Positions 43,305-51,523 of a stretch of 51,523 bases of DNA are shown here, piece by piece. Origin of the DNA: Pyrinomonadaceae bacterium (GTDB lineage: Bacteria > Acidobacteriota > Blastocatellia > Pyrinomonadales > Pyrinomonadaceae). How positions within the stretch are numbered: the first letter of the stretch is position 1; each line of letters starts with the position of its first letter. The stretch lies in the NCBI GenBank assembly GCA_041744535.1, contig JBGTKR010000491.1, positions 1 through 51,523 of the forward strand. The letters run 5' to 3'. The notes under the pieces were generated by a model. That model was not told the origin of the DNA, did not search any database, and saw nothing but the letters and a program-made list of their open reading frames with translations. The translations under genes and the position numbers were made by a program.

Positions 43305-45401
43305 TTACACCTCAAAACGTTTAATTTGAACAGGCATCACAAACAAATTGCTCAAGGTTTTAATGCGCAAAAAGCCTTTATCCTGAGCCCGGCGAATTGA
43401 TCCTTCGAAATCTGCGAAATCATAGTATTTGCACAGTTCCCGCGTTTCATCCGTATTATTTAAATGTGCCACGAAAAAATTCGCCGTATTCTTCAAAATG
43501 TTCTTCTGGATGCTGGATACTTCCTGGGTGGCATATACTAACCCAATCCGGTATTTACCGCCTTCTTTAGCGGTTCTAACCCATATATTTTGCAGATTCG
43601 TTTCGCCTCCGGAAGGCAAAATGGTGTGCGCCTCTTCTAAATAGATAAGAATTTCCGCCGGCTGCAGTCCGTTGCGAAAAGATTCCTGGTTCAAGCGAAA
43701 AATTCGCTCCATCAGCCTGGTGGCATTGGCACAATTAATTTCTTCATCGCCCGATGATTGATCGACAATTACCAATCTGCCGGCAGTCAAATCTTTATAA
43801 ATTGCTTCTGCGTAATCACCCGATAATTCAGGTGTATGCTGCGGCACAAGCTTTCCGATTTGGCGTGATCCATTAGGAAAACGAAACATTTCTAAAATCT
43901 TTTTTAAAGTATCATCTGCCCAAGCATCGCCCGATGAACTTTTTGTAATATAGGCAGCTTCAAATACGGCATATCCACTGGTGCGGTCGTAGATAAAGTC
44001 ATACAAATACTCTAATGCCTGCGCCAGTTTATCCCAGCTTAATGCGCTATCTGCTAGAAGGCGGGCGGCTTGTTGATGATCGACGGCGCGCACTCCTGCG
44101 CTTGCTTCTAATGCTGCGATTAGTTCTTTACCAAATAACCCTTTAATTATGGGTTTTAAAGCAGCAGGCGGTTGGAAATCAGCTTTTTTCAATAGTGCGC
44201 GATAAGACAAAACGTGGCGTTTATATCTTGTTATAGCGGAGAAGTTAGCCGGGTCAGGCTCTTCGAAAGTTACCTGCTGGAAATTCCGGATGAATTTTGA
44301 AGTATCCCCCTCAAGGGCATTATCAATGATGGTTTTTCCAACCTGAAGATTTTCCTGGGCATAAAAATTCAAAAGCATTAGCTTACGCCCAGGGTCTTTT
44401 GGATGGGTAGTCAACCCGTAAGTCACTACATCTTCGGCTTTGGCAGCGGGATGTGAATCGCGCAAATTTTTAATCGCGGCTGCTACACGTGCGCCGCTTG
44501 CGTCCTGCGTATTTTCGTTGGCATATTCGCCGTTGGCATCGAAAATCAATTGTCCTATTTTCTTTTGTTTTCCACCTCTGACAATAGGTGTGTATCGCAT
44601 TTCATGTACGGCTTTTACAATAATTTTTGTAGTATTCGATTTGCCGGATCGAGTAATACCGAATAAAGCAGTTTTCTGCGCAAGGAGATCTTCGGGCAAG
44701 ATCTCAAAACTAACATTAGCCATATTTTGAAAATCACGGTCGGTCGAAGCATATCGCACGTATCCAACCGGAACACTCGAATTTTTTATAAAAGTCGACT
44801 TTGCACTTTCCCGGAAATTTACAATCTTTTGAAGTGCGCTGGCATTTGGTTTATATACTTTTAGCCCTCGGTTCGGATAAAAATTCGGAATATCGCAGCC
44901 AAATCGAAGCTCCAATTTTTCGCCTTTCTCCGGTTCGCTTTTAGCCAGGTAGAAAGTTCCCAGCACGCGACATCGAACCCCGGCGAAGCTTAGTAAATTC
45001 GCTGTAACCGCATCCATAGCTCCGGTATCATCCCAATTCAAATCAAATTCACCGTTGACGCGCTGTCCAATTTCAACGCGAATTCGCTCGGCTTCCTGGT
45101 TATTCGGAAGTGCCGCAGAATCGAGCACCCGGAGCAGAATTAAATTTGAATCTTCTTGATTAAAATCAATTTCTTTTTCAGTATTGATCCGGGTAGCAAG
45201 AAGCAGGCACATTCCCGGTATCCCCCCGACTTTCTGGCGAAAACTATCGTGAATTTGCACCAATGCCGAATCATAATTCAGCGAATACACATCGCCTATC
45301 AGTTGTTCGGGCTGAATAAATTCACGAAAAATACGTGATCCTTCTTTTCTTACCGTTTCTTCTTTATCGGCTGCTAATGCAGTTGCTAAGTGCGATTTCA
45401 T
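43305..45401 (-). CDS. herA: HerA/DUF87-family hexameric ATPase
   Basis: The N-terminal HAS-barrel-like segment is [18 protein letters not shown]. Walker A is [23 protein letters not shown] is present. Walker B is [22 protein letters not shown] lies near the C-terminus. Confidence 0.8.
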   Translation of the reverse strand: MKSHLATALAADKEETVRKEGSRIFREFIQPEQLIGDVYSLNYDSALVQIHDSFRQKVGGIPGMCLLLATRINTEKEIDFNQEDSNLILLRVLDSAALPNNQEAERIRVEIGQRVNGEFDLNWDDTGAMDAVTANLLSFAGVRCRVLGTFYLAKSEPEKGEKLELRFGCDIPNFYPNRGLKVYKPNASALQKIVNFRESAKSTFIKNSSVPVGYVRYASTDRDFQNMANVSFEILPEDLLAQKTALFGITRSGKSNTTKIIVKAVHEMRYTPIVRGGKQKKIGQLIFDANGEYANENTQDASGARVAAAIKNLRDSHPAAKAEDVVTYGLTTHPKDPGRKLMLLNFYAQENLQVGKTIIDNALEGDTSKFIRNFQQVTFEEPDPANFSAITRYKRHVLSYRALLKKADFQPPAALKPIIKGLFGKELIAALEASAGVRAVDHQQAARLLADSALSWDKLAQALEYLYDFIYDRTSGYAVFEAAYITKSSSGDAWADDTLKKILEMFRFPNGSRQIGKLVPQHTPELSGDYAEAIYKDLTAGRLVIVDQSSGDEEINCANATRLMERIFRLNQESFRNGLQPAEILIYLEEAHTILPSGGETNLQNIWVRTAKEGGKYRIGLVYATQEVSSIQKNILKNTANFFVAHLNNTDETRELCKYYDFADFEGSIRRAQDKGFLRIKTLSNLFVMPVQIKRFEV

Positions 45402-45514
45402 ATAACCTTTCTTCTCCTTGATAATTTATTGAATTAATTCTTTTCGCTGCTGCTATATTTATTTGTGTACTTCCTGATAAATAAAATTTTAACCAGATTT
45501 TGTCGGAAAATTTT

Positions 45515-45910
45515 TCAGCATATTTTTGCCTTCCATGCGTTTCCAACGCGCCAGAATGTAAATTTGCCGTGGAAAAATAAAAACTGGTTTTCTTTGATTG
45601 CTAGGTTCAATTCAGGCATGAAGAAATCTTGTAAATACTGCACTTTTGCTGTCCAAGTACAGCAGAACTTACTGGTTCCGATTTTTACTTTAGAAAGAAT
45701 TCGAAATGTAACGAGTCTTAAAAATTCTTTGTTTGTTCCGCCCATCAAAGCGAACCGGCGATTGAATAGTTCACTTATAGCCTGCTCGTTTGGCTCTTCA
45801 ATTTCCCAGGAAAGGGTGGTTTGCACAGGAAATAGATCAACATCTGGAATTCGAATTAATAAAGTATTTGTTTTCAATTCACCGGGATGAATATTTTGTG
45901 TAACTTTCAT
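45515..45910 (-). CDS. Hypothetical protein, first gene of the HerA/NurA cluster
   Basis: This 131-aa ORF lies 113 nt upstream of herA on the same strand. It is divergent from the XRE regulator. I recognised no motif. Confidence 0.5.
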   Translation of the reverse strand: MKVTQNIHPGELKTNTLLIRIPDVDLFPVQTTLSWEIEEPNEQAISELFNRRFALMGGTNKEFLRLVTFRILSKVKIGTSKFCCTWTAKVQYLQDFFMPELNLAIKENQFLFFHGKFTFWRVGNAWKAKIC

Positions 45911-45973
45911 ATAATTTTCCTCAATATTCTTTTCAAAATTTTTGAACTAACATTTTTTCAGCCTTCGGATGAC

Positions 45974-45999
45974 ACAGTAGGACTAAATAGTCCTACTGT
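45974..45999. promoter_or_regulatory. Perfect 11-4-11 palindrome in the divergent promoter region; candidate XRE operator
   Basis: The sequence is acagtaggact aaat agtcctactgt. It lies between the divergent starts at 45910 and 46061. Confidence 0.55.
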
Positions 46000-46060
46000 C
46001 AAATCACAATTTTTATATTATTTAATTTTTTGAGAAGATTATTTGGGGAGCAGAAAAGAA

Positions 46061-46315
46061 ATGGGTAGAAAATCTCGCTTGAGGGTAAATAATTTACCCG
46101 GAAAACTGCAGCAAATAAGGGATCGGCTTAATTTATCTCAAGCCGGAATGCTTCAATTATTAAACTTTGAAGAATTAAATGATAGAAGCGTTATTTCTGC
46201 ATATGAAAGAGGAGAACGCGAGCCACCCATACCCGTTGTGCTAAAGTATGCTCGACTTGCGGAAATTAATGTTGAATTTTTAATTGATGATAAGTTAGAT
46301 TTGCCTGAAAATTAA
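46061..46315 (+). CDS. XRE-family HTH transcriptional regulator
   Basis: LQQIRDRLNLSQAGMLQLL...SVISAYERGEREPPIPVVLKYARLAEINVEFLIDD is an HTH_3 domain. I prefer the ATG at 46061 over the TTG at 46043. Confidence 0.8.
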   Translation: MGRKSRLRVNNLPGKLQQIRDRLNLSQAGMLQLLNFEELNDRSVISAYERGEREPPIPVVLKYARLAEINVEFLIDDKLDLPEN

Positions 46316-46699
46316 TTATGTCAAAAGAAGTTTTTTCCTACTGTACTTTTGCCAATGCAGTTTCAAAAGTAAATGGCGGCTTGATATTAGTTAGTGTCGG
46401 TATTGTCTGTTCGTTTATTTTTTCTCCTTTTTCAAAACTTGGAAAGAGTAAATCCAGCTAGGTTTGCCCTTTCCAATTCGCCAAGCCATTAGATATTCGC
46501 CGAACGGCTTTTAAGTGGAAATTCGATTGCCGGAAAATTAATTTTCGTCTGCGCGATTTCCTTAAAATAGTTGGTGAAAATATTGAGCGCGACATTAGCG
46601 ACCATTTCTCCAACTTCACCATTGGGAAATCCGGCTTCTTTGCTTACCTGCAAATCCACTTCTTTTCATTGGCTTGTTTAAACATTTCTTGAAAATGAT

Positions 46700-47094
46700 C
46701 ATTCTTGGTTTTGCCATCCGAATCAGAATTGTAATTCCGATAATTTACCGGATAAAACTCTCCCATCGCTCCATATCGTATGCACCAAATTGACCAGACT
46801 GATGTCTTTTACCAAGCCTTCGACATTGCCGCTATATTGCAACTTCACCGTTTCAATAAATCGTGAATACTGCTTGTTTTGGACTGAATCATCCACCTAC
46901 AAAAAGGCTTCTTCACTATCATCAATGCGATTTTTGACTAATTCCCACAACTCTTTGGGCGTGAACTTGGAATTTTGCAAAAAATTCGTCACAGAATCGT
47001 GGTTAATATTCTCAAAACGCTCCGCTAAATTGGAACAAATGTAATTTATTGGCGTATTTAACAGATATTCGATATATCGATTTTTAGTTATCAT
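46700..47094 (-). pseudogene. Degraded DDE transposase (IS4/IS701-like superfamily) N-terminal part
   Basis: The reading is YIEYLLNTPINYICSNLAERFENINHDSVTNFLQNSKFTPKELWELVKNRIDDSEEAFL, then an in-frame TAG, then VDDSVQNKQYSRFIETVKLQYSGNVEGLVKDISLVNLVH. Further downstream the frame collapses into multiple stops. Confidence 0.65.
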
Positions 47095-47143
47095 CAGAAC
47101 ATCTGTTTAATCATATTTTTTCCAAAAGCGAAAGTTCTATTTA

Positions 47144-47602
47144 CTAAACATTTTTTTGAATTGTGTCTGCTTCCTTCTGTAACTTGTCAGTTGTTTCCGA
47201 AAGAATTTTTAGAAGCAAATCAAATTTTTCCTCGCCAATAGTTTTAACTACTATCTGGGATATTCTTTCCAGCTCATTGATATACATTTCGTGAATTTGT
47301 TGCCATTTTGGTGTTACTTCAACCATAACGATCCGGCGGTCATTAAAATTTTCGTAACGAGAAACCATTTCTTTTTTTTGCAGCCTTAGTATTATGCCAG
47401 TCATTATATTGGGTTTGACTTCTATAAATTCTGAAAGTTCTTTCATAGACGCGGCACCAAATTTTGCCAAATACTCAAAAGTATTCATTTCTTCGCTGCT
47501 TAAATTTTCTTCGAAAGCAGGCATTCTTAAATAGTTGGTCAAGTTAATTAATTTACAGGATTCGTTATCTAAATCTATAAATTTTTTAGAATAGTTTTTC
47601 AT
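47144..47602 (-). CDS. MarR-family transcriptional regulator
   Basis: FEYLAKFGAASMKELSEFIEVKPNIMTGIILRLQKKEMVSRYENFNDRRIVMVEVT is the wHTH followed by the DRR wing motif. Confidence 0.8.
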   Translation of the reverse strand: MKNYSKKFIDLDNESCKLINLTNYLRMPAFEENLSSEEMNTFEYLAKFGAASMKELSEFIEVKPNIMTGIILRLQKKEMVSRYENFNDRRIVMVEVTPKWQQIHEMYINELERISQIVVKTIGEEKFDLLLKILSETTDKLQKEADTIQKNV

Positions 47603-47867
47603 AATGTTATTTCAAGTAGTGAATATTTCATGTTCTGAAATAATTTTATCATTAAATCTTAAAATTTTAACCTAAAGTTACTAAAAAATAATCCCGCAAC
47701 TACTGTCCTATCTGTATTTATATCATTATTAGTTATTGTCTTTTAATTAATGCTAAGCTGTGAGTTTTGCATTCAAATTCACACCCACCTGCATATTTAT
47801 ATGAAGCTAATTTCATTATAAGTTTTGGTTTTTGCGAAAAATTTACATTTTCGATTAAATTGCGGTT

Positions 47868-48977
47868 ATGACAACGCAACGCATAAATGAGCCAAATGAC
47901 GCTCAATCGCAATTGTCACAAGAAACTTCCGCTCAGGCAGAGGTCTCTACGGTTAATAAAATTAAGCAGGCTGATCAAGTTAACGAGGCAGCCAATGTAG
48001 AATCTTTAAATGCAGAAAGCAATATATCATCTGCGCAGTCCGAAACAAACGCGGGCAATATTATTTCAAATACAACTAATTTAAAAGCAAATACTGCCGT
48101 TAGCAGTAACAAAATTTCAAATATTATTTCCGAAGATTCAAATCTTCAAAAACAAATCAGCGACCAATCGAATGCAGTTTGCGAGAAAAAACAACACGAG
48201 CAGGTCAAAAAGTTTACCCGAAGCGTCCCGCAATTTTATTCAATAGAAGCGCGGTGGCTTTACGAGTGCGGCGAAGATAAGTATTACGATCTCGCTATCG
48301 AAACAATCAAAAATACCCAGAAAAATGTGAATGCCGGAAAAATATTAATTGCTCTGGCGGCACACGCAGTATGGAGCAGAACGCCTGCCGAAAAAGGCGG
48401 AAGAGGAAACAAGGTCGCGCCGGGAGAAGGGCGAAAGAATGTCCTTGATAAATTTTCGGCAGATTGCCTTTCAAAAGGGATAAAAATCAGCCCCGCGACA
48501 CTCCACGATTATGTTGGTCGTATTCAGAAGTTAGTCGAAGACCCCCTCAAGCAGTTCGAGGGAAAAAGCAAAGAATTTATCACTCAGGAGCGAGCCAAAT
48601 CAATCGACAATCTGTTTTTGGTTCCGATGGGTTTCCTTAAGATAGCATCGCAAACAACAAAACCGGCAGAAGCACTGGCAATCGCTTGTGAGAAAAAGGC
48701 GAACGAAGCAGAAGCACTGGCAATCGCTTGTGAGAAAAAGGCGAATAAAGATACCAAATTTACGGAGAATCAATACAAGGAAGCGATTAGCCATTTAATA
48801 AAGAAAGCCGTTGATACAAAAGACGATAAGGCATCGAGTTTCGACAATATTGTAATTTTGCAACTAAAGGTCGTAGCAGGGCGAGCTAACGTAAGTTTCG
48901 AGCAAGTAGTAGAAATTTATATTTCCATTCTGCAGTTGCAACTTTCAATTTTCAAAGATATGGGGGTTAAAGAATAA
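47868..48977 (+). CDS. Hypothetical protein with a low-complexity N-terminus and an internal 14-aa tandem duplication
   Basis: This is a 369-aa ORF with a Ser/Asn/Gln-rich first ~100 aa. Its stop lies 3 nt before the methyltransferase start. Confidence 0.6.
   Translation: MTTQRINEPNDAQSQLSQETSAQAEVSTVNKIKQADQVNEAANVESLNAESNISSAQSETNAGNIISNTTNLKANTAVSSNKISNIISEDSNLQKQISDQSNAVCEKKQHEQVKKFTRSVPQFYSIEARWLYECGEDKYYDLAIETIKNTQKNVNAGKILIALAAHAVWSRTPAEKGGRGNKVAPGEGRKNVLDKFSADCLSKGIKISPATLHDYVGRIQKLVEDPLKQFEGKSKEFITQERAKSIDNLFLVPMGFLKIASQTTKPAEALAIACEKKANEAEALAIACEKKANKDTKFTENQYKEAISHLIKKAVDTKDDKASSFDNIVILQLKVVAGRANVSFEQVVEIYISILQLQLSIFKDMGVKE
48666..48749 (+). repeat. Two tandem 42-bp units inside the 369-aa ORF
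   Basis: gcagaagcactggcaatcgcttgtgagaaaaaggcgaa occurs at 48666 and again at 48708. The units differ only in their last 4 nt and encode AEALAIACEKKANE / AEALAIACEKKANK. Confidence 0.9.
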
Positions 48978-48979
48978 TT

Positions 48980-50041
48980 ATGAATTCAATTAATACAAAT
49001 AACGTTTTAGATGACTTTTTAGAATTTGAACAGACTAATTCGGCGCAGAAAAATTCAAGCGGGCTTTCAATAAAGAAAGCCCAGATTCACCTGCCGCCTT
49101 GGACGAATAAAGTTAAACAATTGCTTCCGCCTTTTACTTACTTTGGTGGAAAACGAAAGGCGGCACTCGAAGTTTGGCGGCGATTCGGTGAAGATCTTGA
49201 AAACACCATTGACCCTTTCTCAGGCAGTTTATCGTTTCATTTAGCACGTCCGGTTTATGATATGAGAAAACTGCAGAGTTACCGGGAATTAGCAAATGAT
49301 TCGAATTTGTTTTTAATCAACTTTTGGAGAACAGTGCAACATAAGAAAAACGTCAGAAAACTCATAAAATTGATGGACTTTCCCGCTCACGAATTTGAAC
49401 TGCTGACGCGGCGCGAGGAAATGATGCAACGAGCCGTAGATTTACAGAATAAGCTGCGCCATCCTAACGGTCACGATGCAAAGCTTGCTGCCTACTGGCT
49501 TTATATTCAACGCCAGTGGATCGGTCAGGGTGCTGATGATATTTCGTTTTCTCCAACACTGAAAATGGTTCGCGCTCTCGAAAGCGGAACAATGACCGGT
49601 TCATTGAAAGATGATCTAAATTTATTAAAGGCAAGAACGCGCCACATGCGGTTTTTCCAAGGCGATTGGCAGCGCGCGCTGATTAGCCGAACACAAACGA
49701 TTAGTATCGGGACCACGGGTGCTTTCCTTGATCCGCCATACATTGATACCACCAATATTTACAAGGGGCGGCTTGATATGAATGATCCCTTGAATGCAGT
49801 ACCGCTTGCCGCTCGCGCCTGGGCACTTAAATTCGGGCAATACAAGCAATTCCGCATCGGTTATTGCGGTTATTTTCACCACCACGATGAATTTTTTCCG
49901 CGAGGCAAAAATGGCTGGATCAGATACCACTGGCAGTTTAAAAACGGTATGTCCAAACCCGTTGAAGGCGAGGAAAGAGAAATCGACACGATTTGGTTTT
50001 CGCCCCACTGTCTTAGATTTGACGATGACTCTCAAGATTAA
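48980..50041 (+). CDS. Dam-type (D12 class) N6-adenine DNA methyltransferase; no restriction partner seen
   Basis: The N-terminal motif is PFTYFGGKRKAALEVW...IDPFSGSLSF. The catalytic motif is GAFLDPPYID. Confidence 0.75.
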   Translation: MNSINTNNVLDDFLEFEQTNSAQKNSSGLSIKKAQIHLPPWTNKVKQLLPPFTYFGGKRKAALEVWRRFGEDLENTIDPFSGSLSFHLARPVYDMRKLQSYRELANDSNLFLINFWRTVQHKKNVRKLIKLMDFPAHEFELLTRREEMMQRAVDLQNKLRHPNGHDAKLAAYWLYIQRQWIGQGADDISFSPTLKMVRALESGTMTGSLKDDLNLLKARTRHMRFFQGDWQRALISRTQTISIGTTGAFLDPPYIDTTNIYKGRLDMNDPLNAVPLAARAWALKFGQYKQFRIGYCGYFHHHDEFFPRGKNGWIRYHWQFKNGMSKPVEGEEREIDTIWFSPHCLRFDDDSQD

Positions 50042-50056
50042 TCTTTAAAAAATAAA

Positions 50057-50080
50057 GAAAGTCGCTTTAAAGCGGCTTTC
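50057..50080 (+). terminator. Hairpin after the methyltransferase gene
   Basis: The stem is gaaagtcgct / agcggctttc (one G-U pair) with loop ttaa. A weak T-rich tail follows. Confidence 0.45.
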
Positions 50081-50386
50081 TGTTCCTTATAGTTTTATAC
50101 CGCTTCAAGAAACGGTAGTAAAATTTATTTCCATGAAGAAAAATATTCGCTAGCGCTACTCACCAAAACCTACGGCTCGCAAGGCAAATAAAAAAAGCCG
50201 TCATCGATCAATTTGCTACCGGTATAACTTAATTCAGGGACAAATACGAGTTATACAAACAAACTAACCGCAACTTTGCTGATTACGATTTCAATCCTTT
50301 AAGAATTTACCCAATTGTTCGTCCTTGGACTAAAGCCGCCAACAGAAATGCTTCATTAAGGCGAAATAAGTAATGGTTAATTTAAT

Positions 50387-50417
50387 GGAAACTATTCGTT
50401 CAAAACGAATAGTTTCC
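50387..50417. other. Perfect 12-bp-stem hairpin in non-coding DNA
   Basis: The sequence is ggaaactattcg ttcaaaa cgaatagtttcc. It lies about 100 nt downstream of the minus-strand ORF ending at 50516. Confidence 0.4.
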
Positions 50418-50515
50418 ATCCATAAAAACTATTAAGCAAAGTTAACATCCGGATAAGGTTTAGTACCTGTGCAGAAATTATATTTAATTGTGAGGATTTT
50501 ATAAATGTGCCGGTA

Positions 50516-50899
50516 TTAACTTACGTCCGGATTCCTTTCTAATCGCTCAAAATTTGCTTTACACAAATTATGAATTTCGGCATTAGTGACCTTTTTACCA
50601 GCCCGCAAAAGTTCCATTAAATCTTCTATTGAGGCAACCAGATATTCTTCCCTAAATAATTGTAAAAAGACATCGACTTGATCAGGGTAATCTTTTTTAA
50701 GCCTTTCTTCGTTGCCCTCCGGAACTCTTACAAACAAATTTCTTATTTCGACCATCTTCGAAAAGACTTCATTGTTTTCTCTTAACTGCATGAGTTTTTG
50801 AAAAAATGAATTCATTTCCGCGCTTCGCCCGTGTTCATAGCTGTACCCGTTGGCTTTTAACAGATAAAACAAATCGGCAAAGAGTGTCGACAGCAGCAT
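50516..50899 (-). CDS. Hypothetical protein, possibly N-terminally truncated
   Basis: This is a 127-aa ORF. The frame stays open about 47 codons upstream of the ATG with no alternative start codon. That suggests a fragment of a longer gene. Confidence 0.4.
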   Translation of the reverse strand: MLLSTLFADLFYLLKANGYSYEHGRSAEMNSFFQKLMQLRENNEVFSKMVEIRNLFVRVPEGNEERLKKDYPDQVDVFLQLFREEYLVASIEDLMELLRAGKKVTNAEIHNLCKANFERLERNPDVS

Positions 50900-51455
50900 G
50901 ACAATATCTACCTTAATGGCTTTTTGATGTGCTGCAAGATCCTGGAAAGCATAATCGCTAGTATAATCCCAATTCCAACTTTTCCATTCGCTGATTACCT
51001 CAGCGCAAGAACCAGTTTTATGAGCTTTAACTTTTGATTTTTAATCAAGTTTCAAATCTTGCAGGTGTATTCTTTGAGAGCTATTCTTAATACATGATCA
51101 AGCGCGATTTGTTAAAATACTCAAAACTATATATTCAACTAGAAAAATTGGAGATCGAACTTCGGAATACAAGCGACCTGGGAATCCATCTAAAAGCTGC
51201 AACCCCTGAATTATTTAAAAAACTCGATGATGCAGCAGATGCCATTTCCCAATATTTTAACGAAGAAGAAAAAGATGATAGACGGAAATAAAGTTCTCTT
51301 TTGGAAGTTTGAACCACGAGTAAAAACCTGCTGAGGTATTATGAAATCCTTATAGCCGATTATTTCTTTTTGGTTTGAAATACTTAGAAGCTGTTTGAAA
51401 ACTCGAAATAAAAGGTGATTTGACTACCAGCTTGTCAGTTTGGGTAAAATAAGTT

Positions 51456-51523
51456 GTGAACAAAAAATATCCAACCTGTTTAACCGATAGTCAATGGAAT
51501 CATATCAAAGATTTGTTTCCAGC
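51456..51523 (+). CDS. IS5-family transposase N-terminus (DUF4096-type), partial at window edge
   Basis: From the GTG at 51456 it reads NKKYPTCLTDSQWNHIKDLFP. This is the same LTDxQW opening as the remnant at 28632. Confidence 0.6.
   Translation, partial: MNKKYPTCLTDSQWNHIKDLFP

Noticed and set aside
51094-51317. Overlapping 65-aa (+) and 60-aa (-) ORFs.
   Set aside because: Neither can be preferred from sequence alone. The plus-strand one is a plausible small helical protein (KRDLLKYSKLYIQLEKLEIELRN) but is unsupported, so both are left unannotated.

Overview
About 51.5 kb of bacterial accessory DNA, roughly 40% GC by eye. TonB-C and ECF/anti-sigma genes suggest a Gram-negative-type host, but I cannot assign a taxon. 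The first ~32 kb is almost entirely minus-strand. The right-hand ~18 kb is a patchwork of insertion sequences and small islands. I found no rRNA, no convincing tRNA and no CRISPR array.

Main content, left to right:
1. An Rhs/YD-repeat polymorphic-toxin locus. A Sec-signal Rhs protein (1798 aa) carries a C-terminal HExxH metalloprotease tip and is followed by a TIMP/NTR-like secreted immunity candidate. Downstream lies an orphan Rhs tip with its own secreted immunity candidate. Upstream lies an FG-GAP/VCBS membrane protein.
2. A CheY-like receiver followed by a small CAE...PCxxC deaminase-fold protein.
3. An ECF sigma, an anti-sigma/TPR/CHAT protease and an unknown 282-aa protein.
4. A tightly packed four-gene operon: a gasdermin-like 264-aa protein, a patatin phospholipase, a cytoplasmic thermolysin-like protease and an MBL-fold hydrolase. 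Just upstream sits an astacin with no signal peptide. This is my top candidate for an undescribed cell-suicide or defence system.
5. An uncharacterised membrane-protein pair.
6. An IS graveyard: IS5 remnants, a decayed ISAs1, an intact IS256 with an 8-bp target duplication, a 3.8-kb IS1-family element carrying passenger genes, and a truncated ISL3.
7. A HerA-ATPase/NurA-nuclease island with two unknown ORFs and a divergent XRE regulator with a palindromic operator. This is my second candidate system.
8. A MarR regulator, an unknown protein and an orphan Dam-type methyltransferase.

All functional calls come from motifs read by eye in the ORF translations. No database search was run.
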